64,000 nt of DNA from an uncultured virus (IMG/VR IMGVR_UViG_3300031857_000106) (IMGVR_UViG_3300031857_000106:1-64000); one strand, 5' to 3'; counted from the stretch's first letter, positions 41,106-53,610 are shown. Made by a program: numbers and translations. The notes: a model not told the origin generated them from the sequence alone.

Positions 41106-44100
41106 AATATCAAATACTTCAGGAATTGCTCTCTCCACAGATAATGAGGGCATATCCTTTCCCACAGTCAGCAACGTGAACCAGCTGAGGACTTCAGGAG
41201 TCCCGACCGGTTCTGTCGTCTATAACACTGGGGACAATCAGCTCTACGCATTTAACGGAACAAGTTGGATCCGGGCCTCAACTTCAGGAACTTCGGGCTC
41301 GGCTGGCACTGCTGGGAGCTCAGGCACCAATGGGACTTCAGGAACCTCGGGTTCTAGCGGAACTAGCGGTACCTCGGGTTCTAGCGGAACCAGCGGGACT
41401 TCTGGAACGAGCGGTTCCAGCGGAACGAGCGGAACTTCAGGCAGCAGCGGAACCGGTGGAACTAGCGGTACTTCGGGATCTTCTGGAACCAGTGGGACTA
41501 GTGGATCCTCAGGGACGAGCGGGACCAGTGGAACGAGCGGGACCAGTGGAACGAGCGGCTCATCCGGGACTGCAGGGACATCAGGTTCTAGTGGAACAGC
41601 AGGAACTAGCGGTACAAGCGGCATAGCAGGGCCACAAGGTCCACAGGGGCCGATCGGACCTCAAGGAGTCCAAGGTCCACAAGGTCCACAGGGGCCGCAA
41701 GGTCCACAGGGTGGTGGAGGATCTGCAGGAACGAGCGGAACTAGCGGAGGGCAAGGGCCTCAAGGGCCTCAAGGTCCTATTGGACCGCAAGGTAATACTG
41801 GGCCGCAGGGTCCACAGGGACCTAATGGAACTTCGGGAACTAGTGGAGGGCAAGGGCCCGGTGGAACGAGTGGAACGAGTGGAAACAGCGGGACTTCAGG
41901 TACGAGTGGATCAGGTACGAGCGGTACGAGCGGTACTTCCGCAGCCTCAGCAATTACTAATAACGTCAATAATTACGTCGTCACTGCGACTGGAAACGGT
42001 AGTACGCCTTTTAATGGTGAAGCCAATCTCCAGTTCGACGGGAGTGTTTTAGGAGTCAACGGAGGGATCGGTGACACGGGAAACGGCAGAATAGTTAAGC
42101 CCGGAGGAGCCTATTATCAGACTAGCTCTTCTTCGGTAACAGGAGCTATCAAGATCAAGCTCCCAATTGCGAAGAACAATTCTTCGACGATGCTAATGTT
42201 TACTGTCAGAGTCTATCAATATACTACTGGCTATTCTCATGAGTTCATCATCGGAGGCTACAATTACGTCTTGGGAGATTGGTATAACATCTTTGCGATC
42301 AACACTACCGACATTGGAAGCAATTATACTGTCAGATTCGGCCGAGACGGTACGAGTGATTGCGTCTGGATCGGAGAAACTAACAGCAGTTGGACTTATC
42401 CTCAGGTCTTCGTTACTGATATGCAAGGCGGTTATAGCAACTACGATGATGTCTGGGCTACCGGATGGAGCGTCTCTTTCGCGACTTCCTTCGACACAGT
42501 AGAACAGAGTCGGACTGCAGCCTACGTCCTCAACAGTTCGAACTCTCCTTACGCTTACAATATGAACCAGAACGTGAGGACTACAGACAGTCCTACGTTC
42601 AACACAGTTAATTTAAGCTCTTCTCTGACGATCAACTATCCTATCTACTCTTACTGGGCTATCGGTCCTTCCGATAACGTGAGAACCGGCATCGGACAAT
42701 ATGACACGACCGCGATGGAGGCTGGAGTCGGAGGTCAATTTGTTCTAGGTTACAAATACACTTCAGCCGGAGATTATACAGAGGGCGCGATCATCAAGAT
42801 GTACAAGCTGAATGGGACCTCTGGAGATTACAGCTCAGGCTTAAAATTCCAAGTCAGGGTCTCAGGAGACAGCTTGAGCACTAAAATGACCCTCGATCCC
42901 TATGGAAGGCTAGGAATCGGGACTACGACACCCGATAAGCAGCTCACAGTCTACAATTCAACTGCCGGTAATGATAACAGCGGCATCAGAATCGATAGAA
43001 GTGCAACCGATAGAGAAGCCAATCTTCAGTTCAGCACAGCTGGCAGCAATAAATGGTGGTTCCAGCTGGACAATAATAGCACCAATAATTTTTATCTCTA
43101 TCAAGATACAGCTGGATTTGTTCAAACTTGGTTACCTGACGGCAAGGTAGGAATCGGAATCACGCCTAGCTATAAATTTCACGTCAAAGGTGGAAATGAA
43201 GTAGGCTCTAGATTCATAGTCACAGGGACTTATGCACCGATACAGTTCAGCGGAGACGATTCGACGACTATTGGAGCTCTAAACGCATATTCAAGCATAA
43301 TTGCTTTCGGCCGGGGTACTTCTACAGGAATAGAAGCTGACATCGCAGTCCAATCTACGACTGGGCGCGTTGCGGTAGGAACTACTACATTCGACGCAGG
43401 TAAGAGAATAAACATTAGCGGAGCGTGGGCTGCCACTGTCACAGCTGACGGAGCCAATTCAGCAGACAGGTGTTGGATCAGAGATACCGCCAGCGGAGCT
43501 TATTTGGATTTTGTAGTATACTCAGCTGGAGGTTCGCCCTATAGCGATTCGATGGGAATGTTTGTCAGAGGTGGTAAGGATGCTTTGATCATGGCAAACG
43601 ATGCTAACATTAGATTCGTCACCGCTGGCTACTCTGAGAGGATGAGAGTTCTCAATAACGGTAACGTATTGATAGGCACCACGGGTGACGGAGGTTACAA
43701 GTTAGATGTAATGGGATCGATAAGATCTTTAGCTGAAAACTCCCTTCTTGTTTCAATGTCATCTAATGCAGCTAACGACGCAGTTGTTGCTTCTAGGTGG
43801 ACTTCCGGCGTAGGAATGGAGATGAGATACCATCCCAATTCGGCTGTGGCATTCTTACAAAACACATATCAAGTCACATCAGGACAAGAATTCGGAGACA
43901 TTCGTTTCAGGCAGAACGTCGGAGGCACTATGGTCACCAGAATGATGATCAAAGCAGATGGCGGTAATGTCGGCATAGGAACGACACCTAGCTATAGATT
44001 GCACGTCGACGGCGGAGCTTCAGGAAATCCTCTCTTCGTAAAAGGCGGAACTTCTGGTTGGGTTATTTTTGAAAGAAATGGAAAACAGCTTTATCTGAAT

Positions 44101-45345
44101 GCAAACTATTCGGATCTCAATTTATATGCTCAAGTTTCTCCCCTATCATCTCATAATATGGGATTGTCACTTTCTGCCAGAGAAGTCGTTGAAGATCTCT
44201 ATCTAAACACTTCAGGCAATGTAGGAGTAGGTACAGGTTCACCTGATAGAAAGCTACATGTTTATACTGGAGCTCCAACCGGTGCTACAGGCTCATCAGC
44301 CAATAGTGCAATACTAATAGACAGTAACGGTAACCAATACTTAGAATTCAGGACGAGATCAGACAGTACCGGTATTATGCAAGGTCTGCTCTTCACCGAC
44401 AACGGTAGAAACGGGTTCATGGGCTTCAAAGAATATACGGCCGCTGCTGCCAACACTTACGGAGAATCTATTCAGTTCGCAATCCAAGATTTTTCAGGTT
44501 CTGATGCAGGTAGTGGATTTTGGTGGGGTACTACGACAGATGCAGCCAACGGTATCACGACCCCGAGAATGTTCCTCAGAAGCAACGGTAACCTCAATCT
44601 GGGATATAGCACCGATCAGGGTTATAGACTCGCCGTGAGCGGTACAACTTATATCTCTAGCAGTTTCTCGGTCAACACCGCTTCTTATTCCACTACCTTT
44701 GGCGACGCTGGAAGTTCTTTAATTAAAGGTTACTCTTCGGACGGTTACACTGCAGCTTTCTACGGGCCGATTGGTACTAATCTCACGAATCCTTTTAGAG
44801 GAGGGCTTGTCATGGCAGACACGACTGCCCTCGCTGCTAACGTCGGAGGCCAGATCGCTTTAGGTTACAAGTACGATGGCAACGAGATCACTACAGGTGC
44901 CATCATTAAGCAGTACAAAGAGAACGGTAGCAGTGGGCACTACGGATCAGGTCTTTATATTATGGTCAGAAACACTGGGGAAGAAATAAATGTCAAATTC
45001 AACCTCAATCCTTCAGGTTCTCTCACAGTCAAAGGTGATCTCATCGCTTATGGATCCCCTTCAGATGCTCGTCTTAAGAACATCAAAGAGAAGATCCAAG
45101 ATCCGATCGGCATCTTGAAGAAGATCAACGGCTACCGATTTGATTGGAAGAAAGAAGATCTCGTACTCAAGCTCAAAGAAGACATAGGAGTCATCGCTCA
45201 AGAAGTCCAAGAAGTTCTCCCGGAGCTCGTGAGGCTGAATAATGACGGCTACTATTCAGTGAGAGAAAAGGGACTCATCCCGATTCTCATCGAAGCGATC
45301 AAAGAACTCAATCAGAGAATTGAAGATCTCGAAAGAGATAGATAA
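41092..45345 (+). CDS. Collagen-like fibre protein 4 with peptidase S74 chaperone
   Basis: ATG start overlapping the fibre 3 end; [10 protein letters not shown]...GVIAQEVQ. Confidence 0.9.
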   Translation: MAGYRISNTSGIALSTDNEGISFPTVSNVNQLRTSGVPTGSVVYNTGDNQLYAFNGTSWIRASTSGTSGSAGTAGSSGTNGTSGTSGSSGTSGTSGSSGTSGTSGTSGSSGTSGTSGSSGTGGTSGTSGSSGTSGTSGSSGTSGTSGTSGTSGTSGSSGTAGTSGSSGTAGTSGTSGIAGPQGPQGPIGPQGVQGPQGPQGPQGPQGGGGSAGTSGTSGGQGPQGPQGPIGPQGNTGPQGPQGPNGTSGTSGGQGPGGTSGTSGNSGTSGTSGSGTSGTSGTSAASAITNNVNNYVVTATGNGSTPFNGEANLQFDGSVLGVNGGIGDTGNGRIVKPGGAYYQTSSSSVTGAIKIKLPIAKNNSSTMLMFTVRVYQYTTGYSHEFIIGGYNYVLGDWYNIFAINTTDIGSNYTVRFGRDGTSDCVWIGETNSSWTYPQVFVTDMQGGYSNYDDVWATGWSVSFATSFDTVEQSRTAAYVLNSSNSPYAYNMNQNVRTTDSPTFNTVNLSSSLTINYPIYSYWAIGPSDNVRTGIGQYDTTAMEAGVGGQFVLGYKYTSAGDYTEGAIIKMYKLNGTSGDYSSGLKFQVRVSGDSLSTKMTLDPYGRLGIGTTTPDKQLTVYNSTAGNDNSGIRIDRSATDREANLQFSTAGSNKWWFQLDNNSTNNFYLYQDTAGFVQTWLPDGKVGIGITPSYKFHVKGGNEVGSRFIVTGTYAPIQFSGDDSTTIGALNAYSSIIAFGRGTSTGIEADIAVQSTTGRVAVGTTTFDAGKRINISGAWAATVTADGANSADRCWIRDTASGAYLDFVVYSAGGSPYSDSMGMFVRGGKDALIMANDANIRFVTAGYSERMRVLNNGNVLIGTTGDGGYKLDVMGSIRSLAENSLLVSMSSNAANDAVVASRWTSGVGMEMRYHPNSAVAFLQNTYQVTSGQEFGDIRFRQNVGGTMVTRMMIKADGGNVGIGTTPSYRLHVDGGASGNPLFVKGGTSGWVIFERNGKQLYLNANYSDLNLYAQVSPLSSHNMGLSLSAREVVEDLYLNTSGNVGVGTGSPDRKLHVYTGAPTGATGSSANSAILIDSNGNQYLEFRTRSDSTGIMQGLLFTDNGRNGFMGFKEYTAAAANTYGESIQFAIQDFSGSDAGSGFWWGTTTDAANGITTPRMFLRSNGNLNLGYSTDQGYRLAVSGTTYISSSFSVNTASYSTTFGDAGSSLIKGYSSDGYTAAFYGPIGTNLTNPFRGGLVMADTTALAANVGGQIALGYKYDGNEITTGAIIKQYKENGSSGHYGSGLYIMVRNTGEEINVKFNLNPSGSLTVKGDLIAYGSPSDARLKNIKEKIQDPIGILKKINGYRFDWKKEDLVLKLKEDIGVIAQEVQEVLPELVRLNNDGYYSVREKGLIPILIEAIKELNQRIEDLERDR

Positions 45346-45346
45346 G

Positions 45347-45418
45347 CAAAGCAAATCTAGTTTTGGCCGGATACCGCATATCGAACACATCGGGCATTGC
45401 CCTTTCCACTGACAACGA
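45347..45418 (+). repeat. 72-nt exact direct repeat, copy 2
   Basis: Identical to 30713-30784; partial third copy near 49178. Confidence 0.9.
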
Positions 45419-48176
45419 AGGAATCAGCATTCCTACCGCGAACGGGACTTCTGGTCTCAAGACCGCGGGCGTTCCTACGGGATCTCTCATATTTAGCACG
45501 AGTGACAACCAGCTCTACTCTTTCAACGGAACGAGCTGGGTCCGAGCTTCCACCTCAGGCAGCGCAGGAACTAGCGGTTCCTCAGGCAGCGCAGGAACTA
45601 GCGGTTCTTCGGGAACTGCTGGAACTTCAGGCTCTAGCGGAACAGCTGGGACCAGTGGATCTAGCGGAACCTCGGGAACTGCAGGAACTAGTGGAACCAC
45701 CGGTCCGATCGGTCCTCAAGGGCCACAGGGACCTAACGGCCCACAGGGTTTTACGGGTCCACAAGGTGCAATCGGGCCGCAGGGAAACTCTGGACCGCAA
45801 GGAACTGGAGGCTCTAGCGGAACAGCTGGGACCAGTGGATCAAGCGGAACAGCCGGAACTAGTGGATCTAGCGGAACAGCTGGAACTAGCGGTACGAGTG
45901 GTACGAGCGGAGCTCAAGGGCCGCAGGGCAACCAGGGGCCGATCGGGCCACAGGGTTCGACTGGGCCTCAAGGAGCTCAAGGGCCACAGGGATTCCAAGG
46001 ACCGAGCGGATCTAGTGGAACTAGTGGGGTTTCAGGTGCGTCAGGTACTAGTGGAACGTCTGGAACTTCTGGTTCTTCAGGAAATAGCGGGACTTCTGGG
46101 TCATCAGGGACAAGCGGAACATCAGGCTCTAGTGGAACAGCAGGAACTAGCGGTATTCAGGGACCTCAAGGTCCTATCGGACCACAGGGCAACACAGGTC
46201 CTCAGGGTCCTCAAGGCCCTCAGGGTCCTCAAGGCCCTCAGGGGCCAGGTGGTGGACAAGGACCTAGCGGCTCATCAGGGACAAGTGGTGTTTCAGGCGC
46301 ATCAGGAACCAGCGGTACTAGTGGAACGAGTGGTGGACAGGGCCCAGGTGGTTCAAGCGGAACCTCGGGAACTAGCGGAAACAGCGGAACTTCCGGGTCA
46401 TCAGGAACATCTCCAGATGCTGCTTTATACGTAGCAAAGGCCGGTGATACGATGACTGGCCAATTGATTATAGGTGCAGGCGGTATTGGGATGCAGAGAA
46501 CGCAGAACAATAACGGAATTTGGTTCAATTCAGGCTCTGATACAAATCATATTTTATGGAATGACTACTATGGAGGGCCAACAACAAGAACGGGTTCACC
46601 TGGCGGTTTTGATGGAATAAAATGGAATACGTATAGAGGCATTCACATTAGAGGTGGAGCAGCAGGAGCTTATAATTGTATCGTAGTAACGAATAGTTCA
46701 GGAGCTGAAAACGATCACACTGTTTCTTTGTATGCTGCAAATGTGCTTAGGCTTCAGACAACAACGAGTGGAGTTAACATTTCGGGTAATCTTGTAAATA
46801 CAGGGACAGTTACAGCAACATCTACGGGAGTAGATGGCACTTTTGCAAACGCTTTTATTGCACAGTATTCGGGTAATAATGCCGAAACGAATGCTATCCA
46901 AACGGCTGTTTCTTCTGCAGCTACACAGAGTGGATTTAGGTTTCAAGTAAGCGATGGCGGAGGCTCTTCGGCAAGAACGAGTGTAGTTGATTTTTTACGA
47001 GATAGGGCTAATTTCTATACTCGGCTTCAGGCAATCGGTGCTGCCGTACAAACTGAAGGTTTATTAAATATAAGCAACACCTACGCTAGCGGAGGTGTTT
47101 ATTATCCCGCAGCAAAATTCAGAAACACTCGAGGAGACCACAGTTACGGAATCGTATCTGAATTTTCAACTGGTTCCACAGGTGGTGACAGGGCTACAGT
47201 TTTATTTTACAGCGATTCAGCTGCTCACAGCTGGCAAGTAGGCCAAGTAACAGCAGCCTGGGGAAATGGAGACTCGTTTGGAATCGGTTATAGAGCTAAT
47301 AATGCACCGAGCACATTTTCTAATTGGCCAACTAATTACTTTACTATTGCTACTGGAGGCAACGTAGGTATCGGAGTTACTAATCCCCTGGCTAAACTAG
47401 ATGTATCGGGCAGCATATATGTAAGAACAGGAAACGCATTATATACAGATTCAATAGCAGGATATAGCGTGGGTGTTGTCTCTCTAGCTTCAGCTACTAA
47501 TTTCTTGGTGCCTTCAGGACGTATTACAATAGGCACAGAAAACACTACAGACGGTAGACTTCAAGTTAGGGGTGCAGGAGTTGCTGATGCGACAACTACT
47601 TATGGTATTATTCTTGATAGAGGGACAAAAATCGCATGGACAAATACTGGAAATGCTAGTACAGGAGAGTACATATATTCTCAAGCCGACAGCCCCTATG
47701 CTGTAACTATACACTCAGGCGGCTATAATGCTCTCGCATGTCCAAACACGAGTCATGTGTATATTAACTATGAAGCAGGAACTTGCTCGATAGGCAGCAC
47801 ATCATTCAGCACTTCATATAAACTTTATGTGACAGGCCAAATTTATGCTACTTCTGACATAACGGCATATTCTGATAGGAGAAAGAAAGAAAACATCACC
47901 ACCATAGACAATGCTCTCGATAAAGTTTCAGGCTTAAGAGGTGTGTTCTATAACAGAATAGATGATGAATCTAAGAAAAGAAATCTCGGTGTCATTGCAC
48001 AGGAAGTATTAGAAATAGTGCCAGAAGCAGTTTCTTACGCTGAGGATACAGACGAATACGGAGTGAAATACGGTAACCTGGTCGGACTTCTCATTGAAGC
48101 TATCAAGGAACAACAGGCGACGATCGCTTCTCAAGGTGAACGAATAAACAGCTTGGAAAAACTTTTGAAATCTTAA
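45363..48176 (+). CDS. Collagen-like fibre protein 5 with peptidase S74 chaperone
   Basis: Same architecture; YSDRRKKENI...GVIAQEV. Confidence 0.9.
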   Translation: MAGYRISNTSGIALSTDNEGISIPTANGTSGLKTAGVPTGSLIFSTSDNQLYSFNGTSWVRASTSGSAGTSGSSGSAGTSGSSGTAGTSGSSGTAGTSGSSGTSGTAGTSGTTGPIGPQGPQGPNGPQGFTGPQGAIGPQGNSGPQGTGGSSGTAGTSGSSGTAGTSGSSGTAGTSGTSGTSGAQGPQGNQGPIGPQGSTGPQGAQGPQGFQGPSGSSGTSGVSGASGTSGTSGTSGSSGNSGTSGSSGTSGTSGSSGTAGTSGIQGPQGPIGPQGNTGPQGPQGPQGPQGPQGPGGGQGPSGSSGTSGVSGASGTSGTSGTSGGQGPGGSSGTSGTSGNSGTSGSSGTSPDAALYVAKAGDTMTGQLIIGAGGIGMQRTQNNNGIWFNSGSDTNHILWNDYYGGPTTRTGSPGGFDGIKWNTYRGIHIRGGAAGAYNCIVVTNSSGAENDHTVSLYAANVLRLQTTTSGVNISGNLVNTGTVTATSTGVDGTFANAFIAQYSGNNAETNAIQTAVSSAATQSGFRFQVSDGGGSSARTSVVDFLRDRANFYTRLQAIGAAVQTEGLLNISNTYASGGVYYPAAKFRNTRGDHSYGIVSEFSTGSTGGDRATVLFYSDSAAHSWQVGQVTAAWGNGDSFGIGYRANNAPSTFSNWPTNYFTIATGGNVGIGVTNPLAKLDVSGSIYVRTGNALYTDSIAGYSVGVVSLASATNFLVPSGRITIGTENTTDGRLQVRGAGVADATTTYGIILDRGTKIAWTNTGNASTGEYIYSQADSPYAVTIHSGGYNALACPNTSHVYINYEAGTCSIGSTSFSTSYKLYVTGQIYATSDITAYSDRRKKENITTIDNALDKVSGLRGVFYNRIDDESKKRNLGVIAQEVLEIVPEAVSYAEDTDEYGVKYGNLVGLLIEAIKEQQATIASQGERINSLEKLLKS

Positions 48177-48177
48177 G

Positions 48178-49140
48178 ATGCCTAACAAGATCAAATATAG
48201 CACTACAGCTGACAGCAGCCGAGCCTTAAAGAAGGGAAACGTTCTCATCGGTACGAGAGACCTTGAATACGGACCGACCTCAAGCACTGGTTATTGGAAT
48301 GGGATCACTCCACCTTCAGCGTACACAGTCTACACCGTGCCTTCCAATGCAAATACGCCCAGCATGGTCACGCCTGCAAATGACACTCAGATGATCGCTT
48401 ATGCAAGAACTCTAGGCGGAAATCCATCCACGATAGGAGACGCTCTAAGCTATGTTGCGGGACTAACGAATTCTATAGCAGTCAATCGAGACTATGAGGA
48501 CATTGTTCTCGACAGTCTCGTTTTTGGTTGGGACGCAGGTTTCACAGCTTCTTACCCAAGAGCTGGAAGCACTGTCTATGATCTAGTAGGATCTTCTAAC
48601 GGAACAGCAGTCTCTACTTCTTACAACAGTTCTAACGGAGGATCTCTGGCTTCTAGCTCAGGCTACATTAACATGGGCTCGCAGAATCTCCAGAGAAACT
48701 GGTCTTTAGAAGGCTGGTTCTATATGGTTGATAGTACATCTTTTGGCGTCTTTGGTCAAGGGACACAAGCTCAGAGCGCAGGACTTCACATAATTTACTC
48801 TAGCGGATCTCGCGGAATGATCTTTGGTTTATACAGCAACGATAACGATTACATGAATAATTATCGTCCGTCAGATAATGTTTGGTACCACTGGGTCTTT
48901 ACTTACAACAATTCAACATACGACAAACAGTTCTATGCCAACGGAGTCTTACAGACGCCGGGATCGAGCGTAGAAACAGTTTATAGCGGTTCAGGCCAAT
49001 TGAACGTCGGAGCAGCTTACGGCTCACCTTTATCTCTTTATAACGGTAGGATAGCAATCTCTCGAATGTACAGCAAGGTTCTTTCAGGATCTGAAATTTC
49101 TCAAAATTTTAACACTCAGAAATCTCGCTTTGGATATTGA
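48178..49140 (+). CDS. LamG/concanavalin-A-like lectin-domain virion protein
   Basis: WDAG..ASYP, WSLEGWF, WYHWVFTY, FYANG, GRIA..RMYSKVLS.SEI.QNF. Confidence 0.8.
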   Translation: MPNKIKYSTTADSSRALKKGNVLIGTRDLEYGPTSSTGYWNGITPPSAYTVYTVPSNANTPSMVTPANDTQMIAYARTLGGNPSTIGDALSYVAGLTNSIAVNRDYEDIVLDSLVFGWDAGFTASYPRAGSTVYDLVGSSNGTAVSTSYNSSNGGSLASSSGYINMGSQNLQRNWSLEGWFYMVDSTSFGVFGQGTQAQSAGLHIIYSSGSRGMIFGLYSNDNDYMNNYRPSDNVWYHWVFTYNNSTYDKQFYANGVLQTPGSSVETVYSGSGQLNVGAAYGSPLSLYNGRIAISRMYSKVLSGSEISQNFNTQKSRFGY

Positions 49141-49193
49141 TCTTTTTCTCGATGAAGATTTCGCTTAGATAGATAAGCAAAGCAAATCTAGTT

Positions 49194-52100
49194 TTGGCCG
49201 GATACCGCATATCAAATACATCTGGGATCGCCCTCTCCACTGATAACGAGGGCATCAGCATTCCAACCACCGCGAACGTCGCAGGTCTCAGGACCGCAGG
49301 AGTCCCAACTGGGTCTCTAGTCTACGCTGTCGCAGATTCTCAGCTCTACGCCTTCAATGGAACGAGCTGGATCAAAGCCGACACGAGCGGCACGAGTGGA
49401 ACTTCAGGCTCCAGCGGAACCGCTGGAACTTCGGGAACGAGCGGCTCGTCTGGAACGAGCGGAGCTACCGGAACGAGCGGTACTTCAGGAATCACCGGAC
49501 CGCAGGGTCCACAGGGACCGATCGGGCCACAAGGAGTCCAAGGTCCACAAGGTCCACAGGGGCCGATCGGACCACAGGGATCTCAGGGGCCTAACGGCAC
49601 TTCAGGGACGACAGGTACGAGCGGATCTAGTGGAACTGCCGGAACTTCAGGCAGCAGCGGAACTGGTGGAACTAGCGGAACTTCGGGCAGCAGCGGTACT
49701 TCAGGGACTAGTGGTTCAAGCGGAACTGCTGGAACATCAGGCGGCATCGGTCCTCAGGGGCCGACCGGACCACAGGGAAACCAGGGACCTATCGGAACTG
49801 GTGGAACGAGCGGAACTTCAGGCGGAATTGGACCACAGGGACCACAAGGTCCTCTCGGACCTCAGGGCTCGACTGGGCCGCAAGGTTTACAGGGACCGCA
49901 AGGTCTTCAAGGTCCGAACGGCACGAGTGGAACTAGCGGTTCTTCGGGAACAAGCGGGACATCGGGTTCTAGTGGAACTTCGGGAACTAGTGGATCGAGC
50001 GGAACTGCAGGGACGAGCGGAGGGCAGGGACCGAGTGGAACTAGTGGAACGAGCGGAAACAGCGGTTCTTCAGGCACTAGTGGAACTTCAGGAGGGCAGG
50101 GCCCAGGTGGAACTAGCGGAACCTCAGGTACGAGCCCAGCTAGCCAGGTAACAGGTAGCGGAACTAGCGGTCAAGTTTCTTTTTGGACTGGAACTAATTC
50201 TCAAGCCGGCGATAATAATCTGTTCTGGAATAATACTGATAAGAGATTAGGTATCGGAAAAGCTGGAGCTGACGCTAGGTTAGAAGTTTACGCTGGTACT
50301 AAGCCTCAGATAAGGGCAAATGGTGGTACTGCGATGGGAGGCGGCATCGAATGGTATACTGAGTTGTCAGGCACAGACAGAAGAAACTGGTCTTTTTTGA
50401 CTGAAGACGTCATATCTGGTGATTTCAATCTTTTACGGTCATCTTCAGCAGGTGCTGCTCCTTCTATAGTGACTCTAGCTTTTCAAAGGACAGGATCTGC
50501 TGAATTCAAAAGTGATCTACAAACTCTCGGTAAATTAGGAGCCTCAGACAACAACGGACTTTTTCTGAGAGGCAATTCAGACGTCACACATAAACTATAT
50601 TACACTTCTACTGGAACAGTTGGCATCATTCTAGAAATCAATAATAATTTTAGGATCAACTATTACAACGGAGGATCTCCAAGCACACCTTTTACTTTCA
50701 GTACCGGCGGTAATTTAACTGCAACCGGCATTACTACTTCCAATCGTTTTATTTCTAGTGCAACAGATAACGGTTCTGGCGAATACTACTTTTTTACTGG
50801 GAATGCCGCAGTGAGCAATAACTTGACAATATACGCGTATGCGAATAGTGTGTACACAAACGCATACAGCAGCTATCATATCAGAGCTAACAACACAGGA
50901 GGATCCGGAGGTTACATATTTCTCCACGGTGGCAGCGTGATGCTGGGGACTGCAGATGCGCCAGTCCTTCACAGCGGAACTCGGGGTGTCGTTATCAAAG
51001 GTTCTGCTCGTGGCATTCTGGAGCTCTGGGATGCTACTTCGGGTAAGTCTGTATTTCAAAATGTCGGCGGCGATACCTATATTGGACAGCTCGATAAAGG
51101 CACCGGAGCAGGCAGCACTTTCTTGCTGGTTAACGGAAACGGTTCAACCGCAGATGTAGCTTTAACTCTCACATCAACAGCAGCGGCCACCTTTGCGAGC
51201 ACTCTTAGAACCAACGGTAACGTTGGAGTAAGAGTGACACCATCATCAGCGAGCGATCAGTATCTGACGACGGGAGATGCAGGCATAGCTTACTCTAATA
51301 CGTATTTTGGAACAGGTATGGTTCGTATCGGAGGAGGCTCGGATCACGTAGATAATACAGTTCTTTCTGTGGCGCCAGGTGTCGTAGTTTTTGATAGACC
51401 TGGCATCTCGGGCGGTGCATTGAAGATCACCGGCACCGGACAGATACTGATGGGCACTACCGCAGCTCTACAGTCTAATGAAAAATTAGCCGTAACTTCA
51501 AGCACAAACACTCCAATCATTGCTCAATTCACAGGCGGCAGCACCAGCGGGTGGGCAGCCAAGTTTTGGAACAACGGCACAACAGGTGACAATCTCATAG
51601 CTGAATTTTTAACTGAATCCTCTCTTACGGCCAGAGGATCTATTAGATATGACAGAAGCGGTGATAGACTCAATATAGCTGGCGCTGGAAGCGGCTTATA
51701 TTTCACAGGGACAGCTGCAGCCTTCTACACGACTACGGCCAATGACAACGAAGGCACTCTAAAATACGAAAACGGTAATACTGGCACAGGCGGAGCAACG
51801 AATGCTCAGTTGCTCGGCAAGTCTAAATTCGGCACTGCTCAGTTCATGGTTTGGGAGAACTACGGTATTCGTTTTGGTATGAGATCTACTGCTAACAGCG
51901 GTGCAGGCAGCATTTATTTCACTACAGGTACTGATGCAGTGAAAATGCTGATAGACAACGCTGGAAGCGTAAAATTCGGCAGTAACAATAGCACAATAAT
52001 CGGAGCAGACGGTGGTTCTGGCTACATTTACTCGTATTCTTCGGGCGATCCTAAAATCTACATTGAGGCTAATGGTACTGTAGCTTTTTTGAATCCAACT

Positions 52101-53075
52101 GGTGTATTCATTGGTACTACTACTAGATGGAATAATGAGAGATTCGGTATACAAATAACGAACACAAACAACTGGACAAACATACCGTCCATGATAAGGC
52201 TTACGAATTTTACTAGTGGAGGTATAACTAAGATCACATTCACTGACAGCTCTATCATTGACGGTTGGCTGGGTATGGTTCCTAGCGCTGCAGCTAAAAG
52301 CTATTTTGCAATGGGCTTTGCCGGATATACTGAGCAAGGCTTTAAAGTTTATCAAAACGGTTACGCTTATGTTCAAAACAGACTAGGCGTGAACGTAGAT
52401 TATGATTCATTAGGATGGAAATTACAGGTTGCAGACGTAGGCGCTAATATATCAGGAGGTGAAGCCATTTCAACCAGCACGATGAAAGGAGTCATGATAG
52501 AAAACACTAACAACGGTAATGAATCTATTGGAGTTTGGTTTAGAACAGGAAGCAATCACCTCTCTGGAATATCAGCTCAAAGAAATGACTCTGCTTCTAC
52601 GTGGGGAACTGATCTTAGATTCTATACTCACCAAAACGCTACTTCTAGCCTGACTTCTGCCTTCCAAAGAATGATCATCACTTCTGAAGGGGCGATGGGA
52701 CTTGGCGTCACTCCAACCAACACTGGTGGGAGATTCGAAGCTTCTAATGACATCGTTGCATATTCGTCTTCTGATATTAGATTCAAAAAGAACGTGACTG
52801 AAATAAAAGAGCCTCTTCAGAAAATCTCCAAAATTAGAGGTATCTCTTTTGATTGGATAGAGATGGAAGAATTCCATGGTAACAGCGGTCACGATGTCGG
52901 TGTCATTGCACAAGAAATCGAAGAAGTCCTTCCAGAAATTGTGACTACTCGAGAAAGTGGATACAAAGCAGTCAAATACGAGAAGATCGTACCTCTCCTC
53001 ATCGAAGCGATCAAGGAGCAACAAGCTACGATAGCCTCTCTCGAGGCCCGGATAAATATGTTGGAATCAAAATAA
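49194..53075 (+). CDS. Collagen-like fibre protein 6 with peptidase S74 chaperone
   Basis: Same architecture; [10 protein letters not shown]...GVIAQEIE...LIEAIKE. Confidence 0.9.
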   Translation: MAGYRISNTSGIALSTDNEGISIPTTANVAGLRTAGVPTGSLVYAVADSQLYAFNGTSWIKADTSGTSGTSGSSGTAGTSGTSGSSGTSGATGTSGTSGITGPQGPQGPIGPQGVQGPQGPQGPIGPQGSQGPNGTSGTTGTSGSSGTAGTSGSSGTGGTSGTSGSSGTSGTSGSSGTAGTSGGIGPQGPTGPQGNQGPIGTGGTSGTSGGIGPQGPQGPLGPQGSTGPQGLQGPQGLQGPNGTSGTSGSSGTSGTSGSSGTSGTSGSSGTAGTSGGQGPSGTSGTSGNSGSSGTSGTSGGQGPGGTSGTSGTSPASQVTGSGTSGQVSFWTGTNSQAGDNNLFWNNTDKRLGIGKAGADARLEVYAGTKPQIRANGGTAMGGGIEWYTELSGTDRRNWSFLTEDVISGDFNLLRSSSAGAAPSIVTLAFQRTGSAEFKSDLQTLGKLGASDNNGLFLRGNSDVTHKLYYTSTGTVGIILEINNNFRINYYNGGSPSTPFTFSTGGNLTATGITTSNRFISSATDNGSGEYYFFTGNAAVSNNLTIYAYANSVYTNAYSSYHIRANNTGGSGGYIFLHGGSVMLGTADAPVLHSGTRGVVIKGSARGILELWDATSGKSVFQNVGGDTYIGQLDKGTGAGSTFLLVNGNGSTADVALTLTSTAAATFASTLRTNGNVGVRVTPSSASDQYLTTGDAGIAYSNTYFGTGMVRIGGGSDHVDNTVLSVAPGVVVFDRPGISGGALKITGTGQILMGTTAALQSNEKLAVTSSTNTPIIAQFTGGSTSGWAAKFWNNGTTGDNLIAEFLTESSLTARGSIRYDRSGDRLNIAGAGSGLYFTGTAAAFYTTTANDNEGTLKYENGNTGTGGATNAQLLGKSKFGTAQFMVWENYGIRFGMRSTANSGAGSIYFTTGTDAVKMLIDNAGSVKFGSNNSTIIGADGGSGYIYSYSSGDPKIYIEANGTVAFLNPTGVFIGTTTRWNNERFGIQITNTNNWTNIPSMIRLTNFTSGGITKITFTDSSIIDGWLGMVPSAAAKSYFAMGFAGYTEQGFKVYQNGYAYVQNRLGVNVDYDSLGWKLQVADVGANISGGEAISTSTMKGVMIENTNNGNESIGVWFRTGSNHLSGISAQRNDSASTWGTDLRFYTHQNATSSLTSAFQRMIITSEGAMGLGVTPTNTGGRFEASNDIVAYSSSDIRFKKNVTEIKEPLQKISKIRGISFDWIEMEEFHGNSGHDVGVIAQEIEEVLPEIVTTRESGYKAVKYEKIVPLLIEAIKEQQATIASLEARINMLESK

Positions 53076-53127
53076 TTTTTGAAACCTTTTCAACAAACTC
53101 AAATATAAAGACTGAACAAAAAATTCT

Positions 53128-53610
53128 ATGGAAAAGTTAACTCTGAAACTGTTTGAAATTAGAGATCTCAATGCAGAGATCAACGGACTGGTGAACGTGC
53201 AGACCGGAGAAAAAGTAAGAAAAGGTCTTCTCGATGAGAAGCTCTCTATGACTCAAAAATACTGGCTCTCTGATCTCGGTAAAAAAGCAAAAGCTCTTAC
53301 TGACGAGGTTGAGCCTCTTCGCAACGAGCTGATCACCAAGTATGGAGAGAAGACGTCTGACGAGACGGTGGAGGTCCTCCCATGGATCGAGGAGAAGAAC
53401 GAAGAAGGAGAGGTTACTGCAAGAAAGCCGAATCCTAAGTTCCTCGATTTCGAGAGAGAATACTCTGAGCTCTTCAACCAGGAGAGAGAATTCGAACACC
53501 GCGTCTTCTTCATCGAAGACTTTGAGGATGTGAAGTCTGAAAATGATTATACCATCTTCCGGAAGTTCTGTACTTCTCGCGAGGAATCACCCTTACAGGT
53601 GGTAAAGTAA
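53128..53610 (+). CDS. Hypothetical protein at the end of the fibre array (possible assembly chaperone)
   Basis: KYWL..L...RNELITKYG; followed by a terminator hairpin. Confidence 0.65.
   Translation: MEKLTLKLFEIRDLNAEINGLVNVQTGEKVRKGLLDEKLSMTQKYWLSDLGKKAKALTDEVEPLRNELITKYGEKTSDETVEVLPWIEEKNEEGEVTARKPNPKFLDFEREYSELFNQEREFEHRVFFIEDFEDVKSENDYTIFRKFCTSREESPLQVVK

Noticed and set aside
45397..46434. 345-aa alternative-frame ORF, and similar ones at 26671, 36235, 49357 and on the minus strand (VPLVP repeats)
   Set aside because: Shadow ORFs produced by stop-poor Gly-X-Y codon repeats inside fibre genes
26364..53075. Diversity-generating retroelement or invertase-driven fibre switching
   Set aside because: No reverse transcriptase or recombinase in the window, no template/variable repeat pair with A-specific mismatches seen, and all fibres lie in the same orientation
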